Made by a program: the position numbers and the translations under genes
Shown: positions 39,693 to 50,679 of the stretch, one piece after another
Numbering within the stretch: the stretch's first letter is position 1
Layout of the letters: the number at the start of each line of letters is the position of its first letter
The notes under the pieces: model-generated
The model's database searches: none
Seen by the model: the letters and a program-made list of their open reading frames with translations, nothing else
What the model was told of the DNA's origin: nothing
Origin: Alphaproteobacteria bacterium
GTDB taxonomy: Bacteria > Pseudomonadota > Alphaproteobacteria > MPNO01 > UBA830
Direction of reading: 5' to 3'
Assembly: GCA_965243135.1 (NCBI GenBank)
Contig: OZ251539.1
Span: 5,184,001-5,248,000, forward strand
Length of the DNA stretch: 64,000 nt

Positions 39693-42008
39693 CTACGCGG
39701 CGTTGCGGATCATCTCGACGAGTCGGGCCGGTTCGATCGGCAGTTCCCGAATGACGACCCCGAACGGTTCGAGCGCGTCTTCGACGGCGGATGCGACGGC
39801 CGCCGCGACGGGGATGATGCCGCCTTCGCCGGCGCCCTTGACGCCGAGCGGGTTGAGCGGAGTCGGACTTTCCATGTGGGCGATGTCGAAGCGCGGCACG
39901 TCGGGCGCCGCAGGCAGCAGGTACTCCGCGAAATTGGTCGTCTGCGGCTGGCCCTGGTCGTCGTAGATCATGCGCTCGAACAGGGCGCAACCGAGGCCGT
40001 GCGCCGCGCCGCCCGCGATCTGTCCCTCGACGATGGCGGGATTTATCAGCTTGCCGCTGTCGTGAACGACGAAGTAGCCGGTCACGCTCACCAGGCCGGT
40101 CTCCGGATCGACTTCGACCTCGGCGACGTGGACGCCGTTGCAATAGGTCAGCGTATCCGGCGAGAAATGGGCGGTCGCCTCCATTCCCGGATCGACGCCG
40201 CCCGGCAGCGAGAAGCCGGGCATGCCCTGGACGGCGCGGGCGACGTCGTCGAGCCCGACCGACATGTCCGGCACTCCCCGCACCGAGATGCGGCCGCCGC
40301 TCAGTTCGAGATCGCCCTCGGCCGCCTCCAGCAGATGCGCCGCCACCTTGAGGGCCTTGCGGCGGAGTTCCGTGGCGGCGACATGCACCGACGATCCCGC
40401 CGTGACGGCCTGGCGGCTGGCGAACGCCCCGAGGCCGAGGGACACGGGAGCGGTGTCGCCGGCGACGACGTCGACGCTCTCGGCCGGCAACCCCAGCCGG
40501 TCGGCGCAGACCTGAGCGAGGGACGTCCGGAGGCCTTGGCCCTGGTCGGTCGCGCCGGTGCAGACCGTCACCCTGCCCGAGGGCAGGATCCGCACGACGG
40601 CGGATTCGAACGGCCCGCGACCTGTGCCTTCCACGTAGTTGGCGACGCCGATTCCGAGATACCGTCCCTCCGCGCGGGCGGCGCGGCGCCGGGCGCCGAA
40701 CTCCGCGTATCGGGAGCGCAGCAGCGCGGTCTCGAGGGCGGCCGGGTAGTCGCCGGAATCGTAGGTCATGGTCGAGCCGTCGCGCGTCTTCACGGGCGTT
40801 TCGTAGGGCATGCGCCGGGCGGGGACGAGATTGCGGCGGCGGACTTCCGCGCGGTCGATGCCGAGCTCGCGGGCGATGCGGTCCATCAGCCGTTCCATCG
40901 CGAACGTGCCCTGCGGGCGCCCTGCGCCCCGCACCGGCGTGACGGGCGTCATGTTGGTCAGCGTCAGGCGCACGTCGAGGGACAGGGCCGGAAGTTCGTA
41001 GGGGCCGAGAAAGTTCGTCGCCGAATTGTAGGGCAGGTTTATCCCGTAGGGCGTGCAGGCGCCGTGGTCGTGGATCATGCTTCCGCGCGCGCCGCGGAGC
41101 CTGCCGTCTCCGTCGACCGCGACCTCGAGGTCCCACGCCTGGTCCCGCTCCATGGTCGCCGCGGTGAAATGCTCCCGCCTGTCCTCGATCCACTTGACGG
41201 GACGGTCGAGCAGCCTGGCCGCCAGAGGCACGACGACCTCTTCTTGGTAGAAGACGAATTTGGGGCCGAACCCGCCGCCGACGACGGGCGCGATCACCCG
41301 CACCCGGTCTTCCGGCAGGCCGAGCATCTGCGCCAGGATGTTCCGCGCGCGATGCGCCATCTGGGTTCCCGACCAGACGGTCAGCGCGCCGTCCGCGGAA
41401 TCCGGGCGGGCGACGACGCCCCGGCACTCGATCGCGTGGCCGAGGCCTTTGCGCTGGCGAAGGCTTTCGCGGAACGCGTGGGCGGCTCCGGCGAACGCGT
41501 CGTCCACCGCGCCGTAGGAAAGGGTGAATTCGGCGACGACGTTATGATCGAAGGCGCCGTGCGCGAGAGGGGCTCCGCTTTCGGCCGCGGCGCGGCAATC
41601 CGACGAGACCGGCAACGGATCGTAAGCCATGTCGACGGCGCCCGCCGCGTCTTCGGCGGCATGCGGCGAGTCGGCGACGACGCAGGCCACCGGCTCTCCG
41701 ACGTACCGGACCTCGCCGTCGGCGAGCACGCTCGGGCTGGCGGACAATTTGAGCGCGGCCGACGGTTGCTCCACCGGCATGACGGTATCGGTCAGGCGGC
41801 GGCGGAGATCGTCGATCGCGTAGGCCGCCGCGACCCCCGGCAGGGCGGCGGCCTTCGCCAGATCGACGCGGAGGATGCGGGCATGGGCGACGGGGCTGCG
41901 AAAGAAGGCGGCGTGCAGCATGCCCGGCAGATGGATGTCGTCGACGTAGCGCCCGCGTCCGCGCAGCAGCGCAGGGTCCTCCAGCCTTTTGATTCTCTGG
42001 CCGAACAC
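39693..42008 (-). CDS. Xanthine dehydrogenase family molybdopterin-binding subunit (CoxL-like)
   Basis: GRGRYVDD, VGGGFGPK, VRGAGRP, QGQG, LGVKGAGEGG. Confidence 0.95.
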   Translation of the reverse strand: MFGQRIKRLEDPALLRGRGRYVDDIHLPGMLHAAFFRSPVAHARILRVDLAKAAALPGVAAAYAIDDLRRRLTDTVMPVEQPSAALKLSASPSVLADGEVRYVGEPVACVVADSPHAAEDAAGAVDMAYDPLPVSSDCRAAAESGAPLAHGAFDHNVVAEFTLSYGAVDDAFAGAAHAFRESLRQRKGLGHAIECRGVVARPDSADGALTVWSGTQMAHRARNILAQMLGLPEDRVRVIAPVVGGGFGPKFVFYQEEVVVPLAARLLDRPVKWIEDRREHFTAATMERDQAWDLEVAVDGDGRLRGARGSMIHDHGACTPYGINLPYNSATNFLGPYELPALSLDVRLTLTNMTPVTPVRGAGRPQGTFAMERLMDRIARELGIDRAEVRRRNLVPARRMPYETPVKTRDGSTMTYDSGDYPAALETALLRSRYAEFGARRRAARAEGRYLGIGVANYVEGTGRGPFESAVVRILPSGRVTVCTGATDQGQGLRTSLAQVCADRLGLPAESVDVVAGDTAPVSLGLGAFASRQAVTAGSSVHVAATELRRKALKVAAHLLEAAEGDLELSGGRISVRGVPDMSVGLDDVARAVQGMPGFSLPGGVDPGMEATAHFSPDTLTYCNGVHVAEVEVDPETGLVSVTGYFVVHDSGKLINPAIVEGQIAGGAAHGLGCALFERMIYDDQGQPQTTNFAEYLLPAAPDVPRFDIAHMESPTPLNPLGVKGAGEGGIIPVAAAVASAVEDALEPFGVVIRELPIEPARLVEMIRNAA

Positions 42009-42442
42009 GCTCTTCTCCCGGCGGAACTCGACTAACTCGGGTCGCGGGGAGCATACAGCGTTCCGTTCCGCGCGGACCAGCTTTCGCCTGTACGGGAGTT
42101 GCGGCCCGGCGGAGCGTCCGGGGACCGTCGTCAGTGACGGCCGCGCCCGCCAGCCAGGTCACCGGTTCGCCTCCAGCGTCGAACCAGGCCCGACGCGTTC
42201 CTCCGGGCGGCAACCGATGCAACCGTCGGTCTGGAAACGGCAGGGTGCGGCACATGACAGGGACCGAACGCTACACGACGTAGGCGGCTACGGGACCGCT
42301 GGCATCGACGGTCGCGCCCGCTCGCCTACGCAATCGGCTTTCCCTGTCGCGGGGTCGCGTGGCGAATAATCATTGCTTGAGGCGCGTCTGCGCCGACAGT
42401 CCGGCAAAGGCTACGGATTCCGCAACTTCGGTATCGGCGTCA

Positions 42443-43063
42443 TCAATGCGGGGCGACGGGCGGCGAAAGAGGCCTTCGGGAAAGATCCAGTTCCGTTTGG
42501 TAGCGAGGAAGCGCGAGCGCCATGCCAGGTCGCGAGGGTTCGAGGAACGTGATCGCCTCGTAAAAATCGTCGAGCGCCACGAATAGGCCGTTTTCCTCCG
42601 CCCATGCCCGCATCCGCGGGTTGGCGGAATGGGTCCATGACAGAATCTCGACCCGCCAGCCTCGAGCGTGCATTCGTTCGAGGGTTCGGTGGACGTCCTC
42701 CAGATATCCGTCGCCGTCGCCGGTCAGCAACACCGCGATTCCGGGATCGCGGTTGTAGTCCAGAGCGTCCTCCAGCATCCGCACCTGCAACGTCCTGTCG
42801 GGCACTTCCCGTTCGCCGGGAGCGCCGCGCAGGCAGGCTTCCACTCCTCCGTTCTCCAGGCGGTTCCACAGCTGGCGCAATTCCGGGGAGCCAACGGCCG
42901 TCGCTTTTTCCACGGGACGGTCAGCATGCGCGAGGCGCAGCAGGTTGTCGAAGCATATCCGTACCCGATAACGCGCATCGGGCCCTTCTTCCCGCTCTTC
43001 GGCAAGACGTTGCGCTTCGCGGAAAACGTTCGAATTGTCCCAATAGATGAAAACGCGATCCAT
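42443..43063 (-). CDS. NYN (LabA/DUF88) domain protein, possibly degenerate
   Basis: IYWDNSN, VPD, LLTGDG, GWRVEILSW; appears shortened at several motifs. Confidence 0.8.
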   Translation of the reverse strand: MDRVFIYWDNSNVFREAQRLAEEREEGPDARYRVRICFDNLLRLAHADRPVEKATAVGSPELRQLWNRLENGGVEACLRGAPGEREVPDRTLQVRMLEDALDYNRDPGIAVLLTGDGDGYLEDVHRTLERMHARGWRVEILSWTHSANPRMRAWAEENGLFVALDDFYEAITFLEPSRPGMALALPRYQTELDLSRRPLSPPVAPH

Positions 43064-43493
43064 ATTGTCCTCGAACTCTCACGATCGGCGCTTGCTCACC
43101 CGTGTAACCTTGGGTCCGGTTCTCCCGGTCTCGTGCCGCGCGCCGACATAACCGTTCCGCGTTCTGTCGTCGCGGCGCGAAGACAGGGCGGCGCAGCCCT
43201 CGGCGTCACGCTTCCGAACTCTCGAACGGCGAGCGCCGCCGCGAAAAAATTTCGACTCGCGGAGCGGTCATCTGCAGCCCGCAACTCAAGGATAGTTGCA
43301 CAGCAAGGAACTGCGAATCCGCCGCAACCATGCCGCGTCCCCCCATCGGTCCCGAAGGGCGCCTCAGGCGGGGTGGCGATCTCCATTGTGAGGTTAGCGT
43401 GAATCGGTCGATGAATCCAGACGCTGTCCGGCGGGCTCGTTATGGTTTTGGCTTGAGATTACGTTCTTATGGATAAACGGATGGCTGGCGGAC

Positions 43494-44688
43494 ATGAAGA
43501 AAGTTTCGAGACTCGGTCCTTCGCCCTTCAAGCCGGGTTACGGTGCCATACCCCCGGTTCTGGCAGGGCGCGACTACGAACGCGCGCGTCTCGGCGATTT
43601 CCTGGATTGTCTCGTTCGGAAGGAAGCGCCGGCGTCCGCCGTGGCCATATGGGGACCAAGAGGCAACGGAAAAACCGTGCTGCTCGCGGACATTCGCAAG
43701 AAAGCGATCTCCGCGGATCTGGACGTTGTCGATGTCCAGCCGGACCAACATCCTGAACCTGATCGTCTGAACGAGCTTTTCGTCCGCGTCGAATGGAAAG
43801 AGGCGGAAAAGCGACGGGGCAGGCGCACCGACATCCGAAGCGGTTTCGAAGCAAGTGCAGAAAGCAAGAGCACCAGCGCGGAGCCTGCGTTCGGTCTTGC
43901 GGAGTCGTTCGCGCGGCGCGCGCAGGAGAGGCCTTTGGTCATCCTGGTCGACGAAGCGCACACGCTTGAGCCGGCGGTCGGTCGCGCTTTGTTCAATGCC
44001 GAACGGAACGCCCGCAGCCGGAAGGCGCCGGTACTGCTGGTTCTCGCGGGGACGCCGGATATGGAAGACCGCTGCGACGAAATGAATGCCGGCTTCTGGT
44101 CCCGGCTCGGCGAAGGTGATATGCCCCTGAATCTGCTGGATCCCGCAGCTGCGGACGAGGCCGTTTTCAGGCCGCTGCGGGACGCCGGAGTGGACGTGGA
44201 AGGCGGTTCCGCAGTCGCTCGCGTGAGCTGCGACGGCTATCCTTATTTTACCCAGGCTTGGGGCGCCGCGCTCTGGCGCGTTGTCGGGGAATCGGGGGAA
44301 GCGCGGGTCGACGATGCCGTCGTAAGGACGGCCCAGCCGGCTTTCGAAAGAATCAGGAGTGATTATTACCGGCGCCGCTATGCGGAACTACGCAGGTGCG
44401 GCTTGCAACATTGCGCTTATTCCGTGGCGCTGCGGTGCAACGGCCTCGACAAGCCGACAGGGGATTTTTAACTCGGTGAGAGAAGGGTTGGAGGTCGCGA
44501 CCGGTTCGGCGAAATCCGCCGAGGTTCTTGAAGTCGAACGTCGGCTTCGGCACCTTGGAGTCGTCTGGAGGGCGGGGCCTGCGCAATGGACTCCCGGGAT
44601 ACCCAGTTTGTTGGGCCACGTGATCGCAGAATTCGAGGCCGAGCATCCGGGAGCCGCGCGAAGCCTCCGGGCTCGCGTTTCCGGGTAA
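43494..44688 (+). pseudogene. AAA_16-like ATP-binding protein with C-terminal frameshift
   Basis: PFKPGYG..PPVLAGR, GPRGNGKT, LVDEAH, GYPYFTQAWG; tail (LRHLGVVW...PGIPSLLGHV) in another frame. Confidence 0.8.
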
Positions 44689-45082
44689 GCCGCGCCGCGG
44701 CCTTCGCGACGGCGCCCGCCTTGACTGAAACGGCGCCCTTCGAGAAATACGGACGAGACTTCCGCGAGAGGCGGACGGGATTGCCCGTACCCGGAAAAGC
44801 GGGGCCGAGTTTGCGCCGCGTCTTCCTGGCGCAAGTTCCGGCCCGGGAGCGAACTCATCGCGCCGGGGCATGGGCCGGCGGCGGGACCTCTCCGGCGGAA
44901 ACGGTTTGCGATTTCTTCCCGTTCGGCGGGCCGCCGCGGCGGACGGCCGGCGCTCCCGCCCGCGGCGGTTTGCGTCGCCGGGAAGATTCTGCAAGGTTGC
45001 GCTGCGGGGTTCTCAGCGCGTCGGGCGGCCCCCGGCGCGTCCGGGCGGGGAAGTCTTCTTGCTGCGGCTGAAAGGCGGATCG

Positions 45083-46585
45083 ATGCGAAGCTTGGGACGG
45101 CGGAAAGTTCTGAAAGGCGCGCTGGCTCTCGGCGCGGTCTGGCCGCACTTGTTCGGTCGCGCTGCGGCGTCCGACGCCCGGCAGGCGTTTCGCGCGGCGC
45201 TGGCGGAAAAACCATGGCTGCTGGGCTGGCTCGGCACTTCCGAAGAGCTTCTGGCGGCGGACGACCTCCCCGTCGAGGGCAGGCTTCCCGGCGATCTGCA
45301 GGGCGTGTTCTACCGAAACGGTCCGGCGCAGCACGAGGTCGGCGCGCTCAGGTACCGGCACTGGTTCGACGGAGACGGAATGGTGCAGGCGTTCCGCATC
45401 GGCGACGGGAAGGTCTCCCATCGCGGACGCATGATCTCCACCGCCAAATACGCTTCGGAGCGCGCCGCCGGCGAGGCGCTCCAGCAGGCGTTCGGCACGA
45501 AACTGCCGCACAGGCCGCCTCCCGCCGCCGCCGACGACATAAACGTCGCCAACATCAATATCGTGAAGCACGCTGGCGAGCTCCTCGCGTTGTGGGAAGG
45601 AGGATCCGCCTACCGCGTCGAGGAGGGATCGCTGTCGACGCTGGGCGTCAAGACCTGGTCTCCCGAGACCAAGGGGGTGCCGTTCGGCGCGCATCCGCGC
45701 CTCGACCGCGACGGGACGCTTTGGAACATCGGCTACGCTCCGGTTTCGGACGCTTTGCTCGTCTTCGACATCGCGCCGTCAGGCCGGCTTCGCCGGGTCA
45801 AGGCGTTTCCGATGAAGCGCATGCCCATGATTCACGACTTCGCCGTGACGGACAGAAGCCTCCTCGTGCCGTTGCCGCCGCTGCGCTTCGACCGGACCCG
45901 CGGCGGCAGCTTTCTCGACCGCTTCGTGTGGGAAGGCGAGGAGCCGCTGCGCCTGCTGGTTCTCGACAAGAACACGCTGGAGCCGGTCCGGACCGTCGAA
46001 CTGCCGACTTGCTGGCTGTTTCATATTTCCAACGCATGGGAATCCGCGGATCGCCAGATCCATTTCGATTTTCCGCGTTACCGCGATTCCTCCATCGTCG
46101 CTGAAACCATGCGCGACATCATGACGGGCGAGTTCACCCACTTCGGGCTTCTGGACTACGCCCGCTGCGTCGTCGACGTTCCGGCCGGCGCGGCCCGCAT
46201 GGAGCGCCTCGACGGCGTGGAATCGGCCGAGTTTCCCCGCATCGATCCGCGAGACGGCACGGCGCGGCACCGGCATGCGCTTCTCGCGGCGTCCAGGGGC
46301 GGCGAATTCGGCACGTTGTTCGGCAGGATTCTGCGCGTCGACTTCGAGACCGGGAAGATGGACGCGTTCGCCTACGACGAGGCCGAGACAGCGGAGGAGC
46401 ATGTGGTCGTTCCCGGTTCGCGCGACGGCGAGGCGTGGATTCTCGGCACGACGCTCGATTTCGTGCGGCGCAGGACGGTGCTCAACGTCTTCGACTTTCA
46501 CGCGCTTTCGAACGGGCCGGTCGCGCGCGTTCCGCTCCCCTATCCGCTTCCGTTCGGGCTGCACGGGAATTTCATTCCGGCGTAG
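45083..46585 (+). CDS. Carotenoid oxygenase / lignostilbene dioxygenase family, Tat signal
   Basis: YRNGP, HWFDGDG, four Fe-His (AHP, IHD, FHI, LHG); GRRKVLK leader. Confidence 0.92.
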   Translation: MRSLGRRKVLKGALALGAVWPHLFGRAAASDARQAFRAALAEKPWLLGWLGTSEELLAADDLPVEGRLPGDLQGVFYRNGPAQHEVGALRYRHWFDGDGMVQAFRIGDGKVSHRGRMISTAKYASERAAGEALQQAFGTKLPHRPPPAAADDINVANINIVKHAGELLALWEGGSAYRVEEGSLSTLGVKTWSPETKGVPFGAHPRLDRDGTLWNIGYAPVSDALLVFDIAPSGRLRRVKAFPMKRMPMIHDFAVTDRSLLVPLPPLRFDRTRGGSFLDRFVWEGEEPLRLLVLDKNTLEPVRTVELPTCWLFHISNAWESADRQIHFDFPRYRDSSIVAETMRDIMTGEFTHFGLLDYARCVVDVPAGAARMERLDGVESAEFPRIDPRDGTARHRHALLAASRGGEFGTLFGRILRVDFETGKMDAFAYDEAETAEEHVVVPGSRDGEAWILGTTLDFVRRRTVLNVFDFHALSNGPVARVPLPYPLPFGLHGNFIPA

Positions 46586-46636
46586 GCGGCGAGGCCGCCC
46601 TTCCGGACGCGCGCGCCGACGACGGGAGCTCTCGCC

Positions 46637-47167
46637 ATGGGCGACGCATCGGGGCCGTCGGTTCGGACCGTCCCTGACGGAGACAACCGGGAGCGCCTCG
46701 TCTGTCCGGATTGCGGTTTCGTCAGCTACGAGAATCCGAAGATCGTCGTGGGATCGGTTTGCAGCCTCGACGGGAGAATCCTGCTTTGCCGCCGGGCGAT
46801 CGATCCGCGCCGCGGCTTCTGGACCCTTCCGGCAGGTTATCTCGAACTTCGCGAGACGGCCGAGGAAGGCGCCGCGCGGGAAGCCGAGGAAGAGGCCTGC
46901 GCGAGCATCGATATCGAAGGACTGCTTGCGGTCTACGCCATTCCGAGAATCAGTCAGATTCAGCTGATATACCGGGCAGGGCTGCTGTCGGAGAGCGTCG
47001 CATGCGGCTCCGAAACGCTGGAGGTCGGCCTGTTCCGCTGGGACGACATTCCATGGGACGATCTTGCGTTCCCGTCCGTGCGCTGGGCGCTCGGGCACTG
47101 GCGCCAAGTCGCGGATGCGGAGACCTGGGCGCCGTTCTCCAATCCGGACGGCGAACGCGGGGATTGA
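46637..47167 (+). CDS. NUDIX hydrolase with N-terminal Zn ribbon
   Basis: CPDCG..YENPK, LPAGYLELRETAEEGAAREAEEE. Confidence 0.93.
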   Translation: MGDASGPSVRTVPDGDNRERLVCPDCGFVSYENPKIVVGSVCSLDGRILLCRRAIDPRRGFWTLPAGYLELRETAEEGAAREAEEEACASIDIEGLLAVYAIPRISQIQLIYRAGLLSESVACGSETLEVGLFRWDDIPWDDLAFPSVRWALGHWRQVADAETWAPFSNPDGERGD

Positions 47168-47246
47168 CGGAAACGAGGGCCGCGGCTTTTCTCGCTTGCG
47201 GGCTCCGGAATTTTAGCCGCCCGCCGCGGCGCGGCAAAATAGGCCG

Positions 47247-48161
47247 TTACGCCCGGAGTTCCGCGGGAGGGAAAACCCCGGCCTTGCCGACCATCGCCGG
47301 AACCGGATGGCCCAGCCGTTCGCCGATCCATTCGCCGGCCGCGATGAGCCGGTCAAGATCGATGCCGGTTTCGTATCCCATCCGGTGCAGCATGTAGACG
47401 AGATCCTCGGAGGGCACGTTGCCGGTCGCCCGCGGAGCGAACGGGCACCCGCCGATGCCGCCCGCCGAAGCGTCGAGCGACCGCACGCCGGCCTCGATCG
47501 CCGCGCAGCAGTTGGCCAGTCCGGTGTTGCGGGTGTTGTGGAAATGCGCGCGAAAGCGCGCCGTCGGCACCTTTTCCATGATCGCGCCGAACAGATCCGC
47601 GACCTGGCTGGGCACCGCGCAACCGATGGTGTCCGCCAGCCCGATCTCGAAAGGGTCCTCCTCCGCGCAGCGTTCCGCGAGGCCGACCACGCGTTCGGGC
47701 GGCACCTCGCCCTGGAACGGGCAGCCGAAAGCGGTGGAGATCGTGAGCGAACAGCGCACGTTCGCCGACCTGGCGGTCCTCGAAATGTCCTTCCAGACCT
47801 CGACGCCCTGTTCGATGGTCGTGCCCTGGTTTCTCTGGCTGAACGCATCGGAGGCGACGAGAGCGTAGGTCACTTCCCGGCAGCCCGCCGCGATAGCCCG
47901 GTCCAACCCGCGCCGGTTGAGCGCCAGGCCGATGTAGGTCGCTTCGCCGCCGAGGCCCGCCAGCACGTCTTCCGCGTTCGCCATCTGCGGAACGCGCTTC
48001 GGGTTGACGAAGCTTGCCGCTTCGAGGCGGCGGATTCCGGCGTCGACCAGCTTGCGGATGAACGCGATCCTGACGTCGACGCCGAGCGTGACGGACTCGT
48101 TCTGCAGGCCGTCGCGGGGGCCGACGTCGACGATTTCGACGGCCCCGCGGAGAGCGTTCAC
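47247..48161 (-). CDS. Hydroxymethylglutaryl-CoA lyase
   Basis: VGPRDGLQNE, HFHNTR, GGIGGCPFAPRATGN; GTG start inferred. Confidence 0.93.
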   Translation of the reverse strand: MNALRGAVEIVDVGPRDGLQNESVTLGVDVRIAFIRKLVDAGIRRLEAASFVNPKRVPQMANAEDVLAGLGGEATYIGLALNRRGLDRAIAAGCREVTYALVASDAFSQRNQGTTIEQGVEVWKDISRTARSANVRCSLTISTAFGCPFQGEVPPERVVGLAERCAEEDPFEIGLADTIGCAVPSQVADLFGAIMEKVPTARFRAHFHNTRNTGLANCCAAIEAGVRSLDASAGGIGGCPFAPRATGNVPSEDLVYMLHRMGYETGIDLDRLIAAGEWIGERLGHPVPAMVGKAGVFPPAELRA

Positions 48162-48291
48162 GATCCTGCCTCCCGGCGTTGTTTCGCCCGCGATCATAGG
48201 GCGGTTCACGCGGCAAGGGAAACGAAGGCGGCGGACTTGACCCGTTCCCCGCGCTCCCGAAAATGGGTTCCGAGAAAGGGAGGAGGGGCGG

Positions 48292-49500
48292 ATGGGCACG
48301 GCGACCCGCGCGGGACCGCTTTCCGACATTCGGGCGATCGAAATGGGAACCATGATCGCGGGGCCGTTCTGCGGGCAGTTGCTCGCGGATCACGGCGCGG
48401 AGGTCATCAAGCTCGAACAGCCCGGGGTCGGCGATCCCATGCGCGAATGGGGCAGGGAGAAGCCGCACGGCAAGGCGCTTTTCTGGCCGGTGCTCGCGCG
48501 AAACAAGCTGTCGGCGACTCTCAACGCGCGCGAGGCGGACGGCCAGGCTCTGGTTCGAAAGCTGGTCGAGAACGCCGACATTCTCCTCGAAAACTTTCGT
48601 CCCGGAACCATGGAGCGATGGGGCCTCGGCTACGAGGAGCTTTCCGCGATCAATCCGCGGCTGATCATGATCCGGGTCTCCGGCTTCGGACAGACGGGTC
48701 CCTATGCCGGCCGCGCCGGCTACGGCGCCATCGGCGAGGCGATGGGCGGGTTGCGGTACACCACCGGCGATCCGTCGCTGCCGCCGAGCAGGGCCGGCAT
48801 ATCCATCGGCGACTCGCTCGCGGCGGTCCATGCCTGCCTCGGCGCAGCGATGGCGCTTCATCAGGTCCGGCTCACCGGCCGCGGACAGGTGATCGACGCG
48901 TCCATCTACGAGTCCGTCCTCAACATGATGGAGAGCCTGGTCATCGATTACGACGCCGGCGGATACGTCCGCGAACGCACCGGTTCGTTCCTGCCCAGGA
49001 TCGCGCCCTCCAACGTGTATCCCACGTCCGACGGCATCTGGCTGGTGATCGGCGCGAACCAGGACTCCGTCTGGGCGCGCATGGCCGAGGCGATGGGGCG
49101 TCCCGAACTGGCGACGGACGAACGTTACGCCACGCATACGGCGCGCGGCCTCAACCAGGCGGAGCTGGACGAACTGATTTCCGAGTGGACGGCAGGCTTC
49201 GCGGCGCGCGATCTCGAAGCGCGCCTGGACGAGTACGGGATTCCCAACGGCAAGATCTACCGCGCCCCAGAGATGCTGGAGGATCCGCAGTTCAAGGCGC
49301 GCGACAGCATCGTCCGGGTCCGGCATCCGGAATACGGCGAGGTGGCGATGCAGAACGTCGCGCCGCGGCTGTCGCGGACGCCGGGCGCGGTCCGGCACGC
49401 CGGCCCGTCGCTCGGCGAGCACAACGATTACGTCTGGGGCGAGCTGGCGGGGCTGCCTGCGGACCGGAGGGCGGAATTGAAGGAGCGGGGCGTCATCTGA
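48292..49500 (+). CDS. CoA transferase family III (CaiB/BaiF)
   Basis: IAGPFCG..LAD.GAEVIKLE, RNK, ENFRPG, SGFGQTGPY. Confidence 0.95.
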   Translation: MGTATRAGPLSDIRAIEMGTMIAGPFCGQLLADHGAEVIKLEQPGVGDPMREWGREKPHGKALFWPVLARNKLSATLNAREADGQALVRKLVENADILLENFRPGTMERWGLGYEELSAINPRLIMIRVSGFGQTGPYAGRAGYGAIGEAMGGLRYTTGDPSLPPSRAGISIGDSLAAVHACLGAAMALHQVRLTGRGQVIDASIYESVLNMMESLVIDYDAGGYVRERTGSFLPRIAPSNVYPTSDGIWLVIGANQDSVWARMAEAMGRPELATDERYATHTARGLNQAELDELISEWTAGFAARDLEARLDEYGIPNGKIYRAPEMLEDPQFKARDSIVRVRHPEYGEVAMQNVAPRLSRTPGAVRHAGPSLGEHNDYVWGELAGLPADRRAELKERGVI

Positions 49501-49722
49501 TGCGGAACGCCGGGCGGCAGGTCGAAGCCCGGGGCCTGCGTCCTGCGCGGGCCGCCTGTCGCGCGGCCGCCGGGCGCGCTTTCGTTCGGTCGGCGGAACG
49601 GGTTTTCGAAAGCGTCCGCCGCGAAGCCTGCCGCTTCCGGCTTTCCGGGCAGGCGACGGCCGCGGCGCCGCGCGTTCGGAAGCGGAAAGTCCCGGGATCC
49701 GCGACGTTCGCCGGAAGAGGCC

Positions 49723-50679
49723 ATGGCGGATTCTGAAGTTCGCGCGGCCCTGATTCCCGACGACGAGAAACGCCTTCGCCGCGCCGCGCGGCGACTCGTG
49801 CGGCGCACCCCCGGGCTGCGGGCCATCGTGCTGTACGGATCGCGCGCCAGAGGGGACTGCCGCCAGGACAGCGATTGGGATCTCGCGTTCGTCGTCGACG
49901 GCGCAGGGGACATGGCGGCGGCGAAACGGGCGTTGCGCGCGGCTCTGCCGGAAATGAAGCTTCAGGTGCTGCAGCTGTCGCTCGGCGAACTGAACCGGAA
50001 AGCGAACGCGCTGGGAAACGTCGCCTGTCCGATCGCGCGCGAGGGCTGCCTTGTCGCCGGGGAATGGGAGCGTCCGAACCTGCTCGAGGAGCCGACCATG
50101 AAAGCGGAGGAGTACAGCTCGCACGTGGAATTGGCCAGCGGCGCGCTGAACGAAGCTGTTCGCGCCCTGGCGGGGCTGTCGGACGCCGACAGGGCGATGC
50201 GGAATCTCGGGCGGCTGGTTGGGTGCTCGACGGACGCGGCCGAATACCTGGTCAAAGCCATGCTGGGGCGGATCGAGGGCAAGTTCAGAAGAAGCTGCGA
50301 TCTGACGGAACTGGCAGGGGAGTTCTCCAGTGCAGAGTTGCGCGCGCAGGTCCACGCGCTGAACGACGGAACGGATCGTAAGGCCGGATATTTCGTCGCG
50401 CCCGGGAAAGGCGCCGCCGGTTACGCGAGTCGGCGGGTGGCCCTGACGCTCGCCCTGTTGGTTCAGGAACTGGACCGGGCCGGCGCGGCAATGGCCGAGG
50501 TCATGCCCGGCCTGCTCCGAACAGCGGCGAAGGACCTGACCGAGGCTGCCGAAATCCTGAGGTCCGCGGACGTTCCGTCCGATTGCGCCGCCGACGAGGG
50601 CCTGCGCTCCGAGGTCCTCGCCGCTCTGGACGAGGCCCTCTCGCGGCTGCGGTCGGTCGGCTCGGGGCCGGTACGGTAG
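49723..50679 (+). CDS. Minimal nucleotidyltransferase fused to HEPN-like domain
   Basis: LYGSRARGD...DSDWDL; AAEYLVKAML...RSCDLTEL. Confidence 0.72.
   Translation: MADSEVRAALIPDDEKRLRRAARRLVRRTPGLRAIVLYGSRARGDCRQDSDWDLAFVVDGAGDMAAAKRALRAALPEMKLQVLQLSLGELNRKANALGNVACPIAREGCLVAGEWERPNLLEEPTMKAEEYSSHVELASGALNEAVRALAGLSDADRAMRNLGRLVGCSTDAAEYLVKAMLGRIEGKFRRSCDLTELAGEFSSAELRAQVHALNDGTDRKAGYFVAPGKGAAGYASRRVALTLALLVQELDRAGAAMAEVMPGLLRTAAKDLTEAAEILRSADVPSDCAADEGLRSEVLAALDEALSRLRSVGSGPVR

Noticed and set aside
39693-42008. Aerobic CO dehydrogenase (form I coxL)
   Set aside because: Active-site loop is VRGAGR, not AYxCSFR, and coxM/coxS are not adjacent
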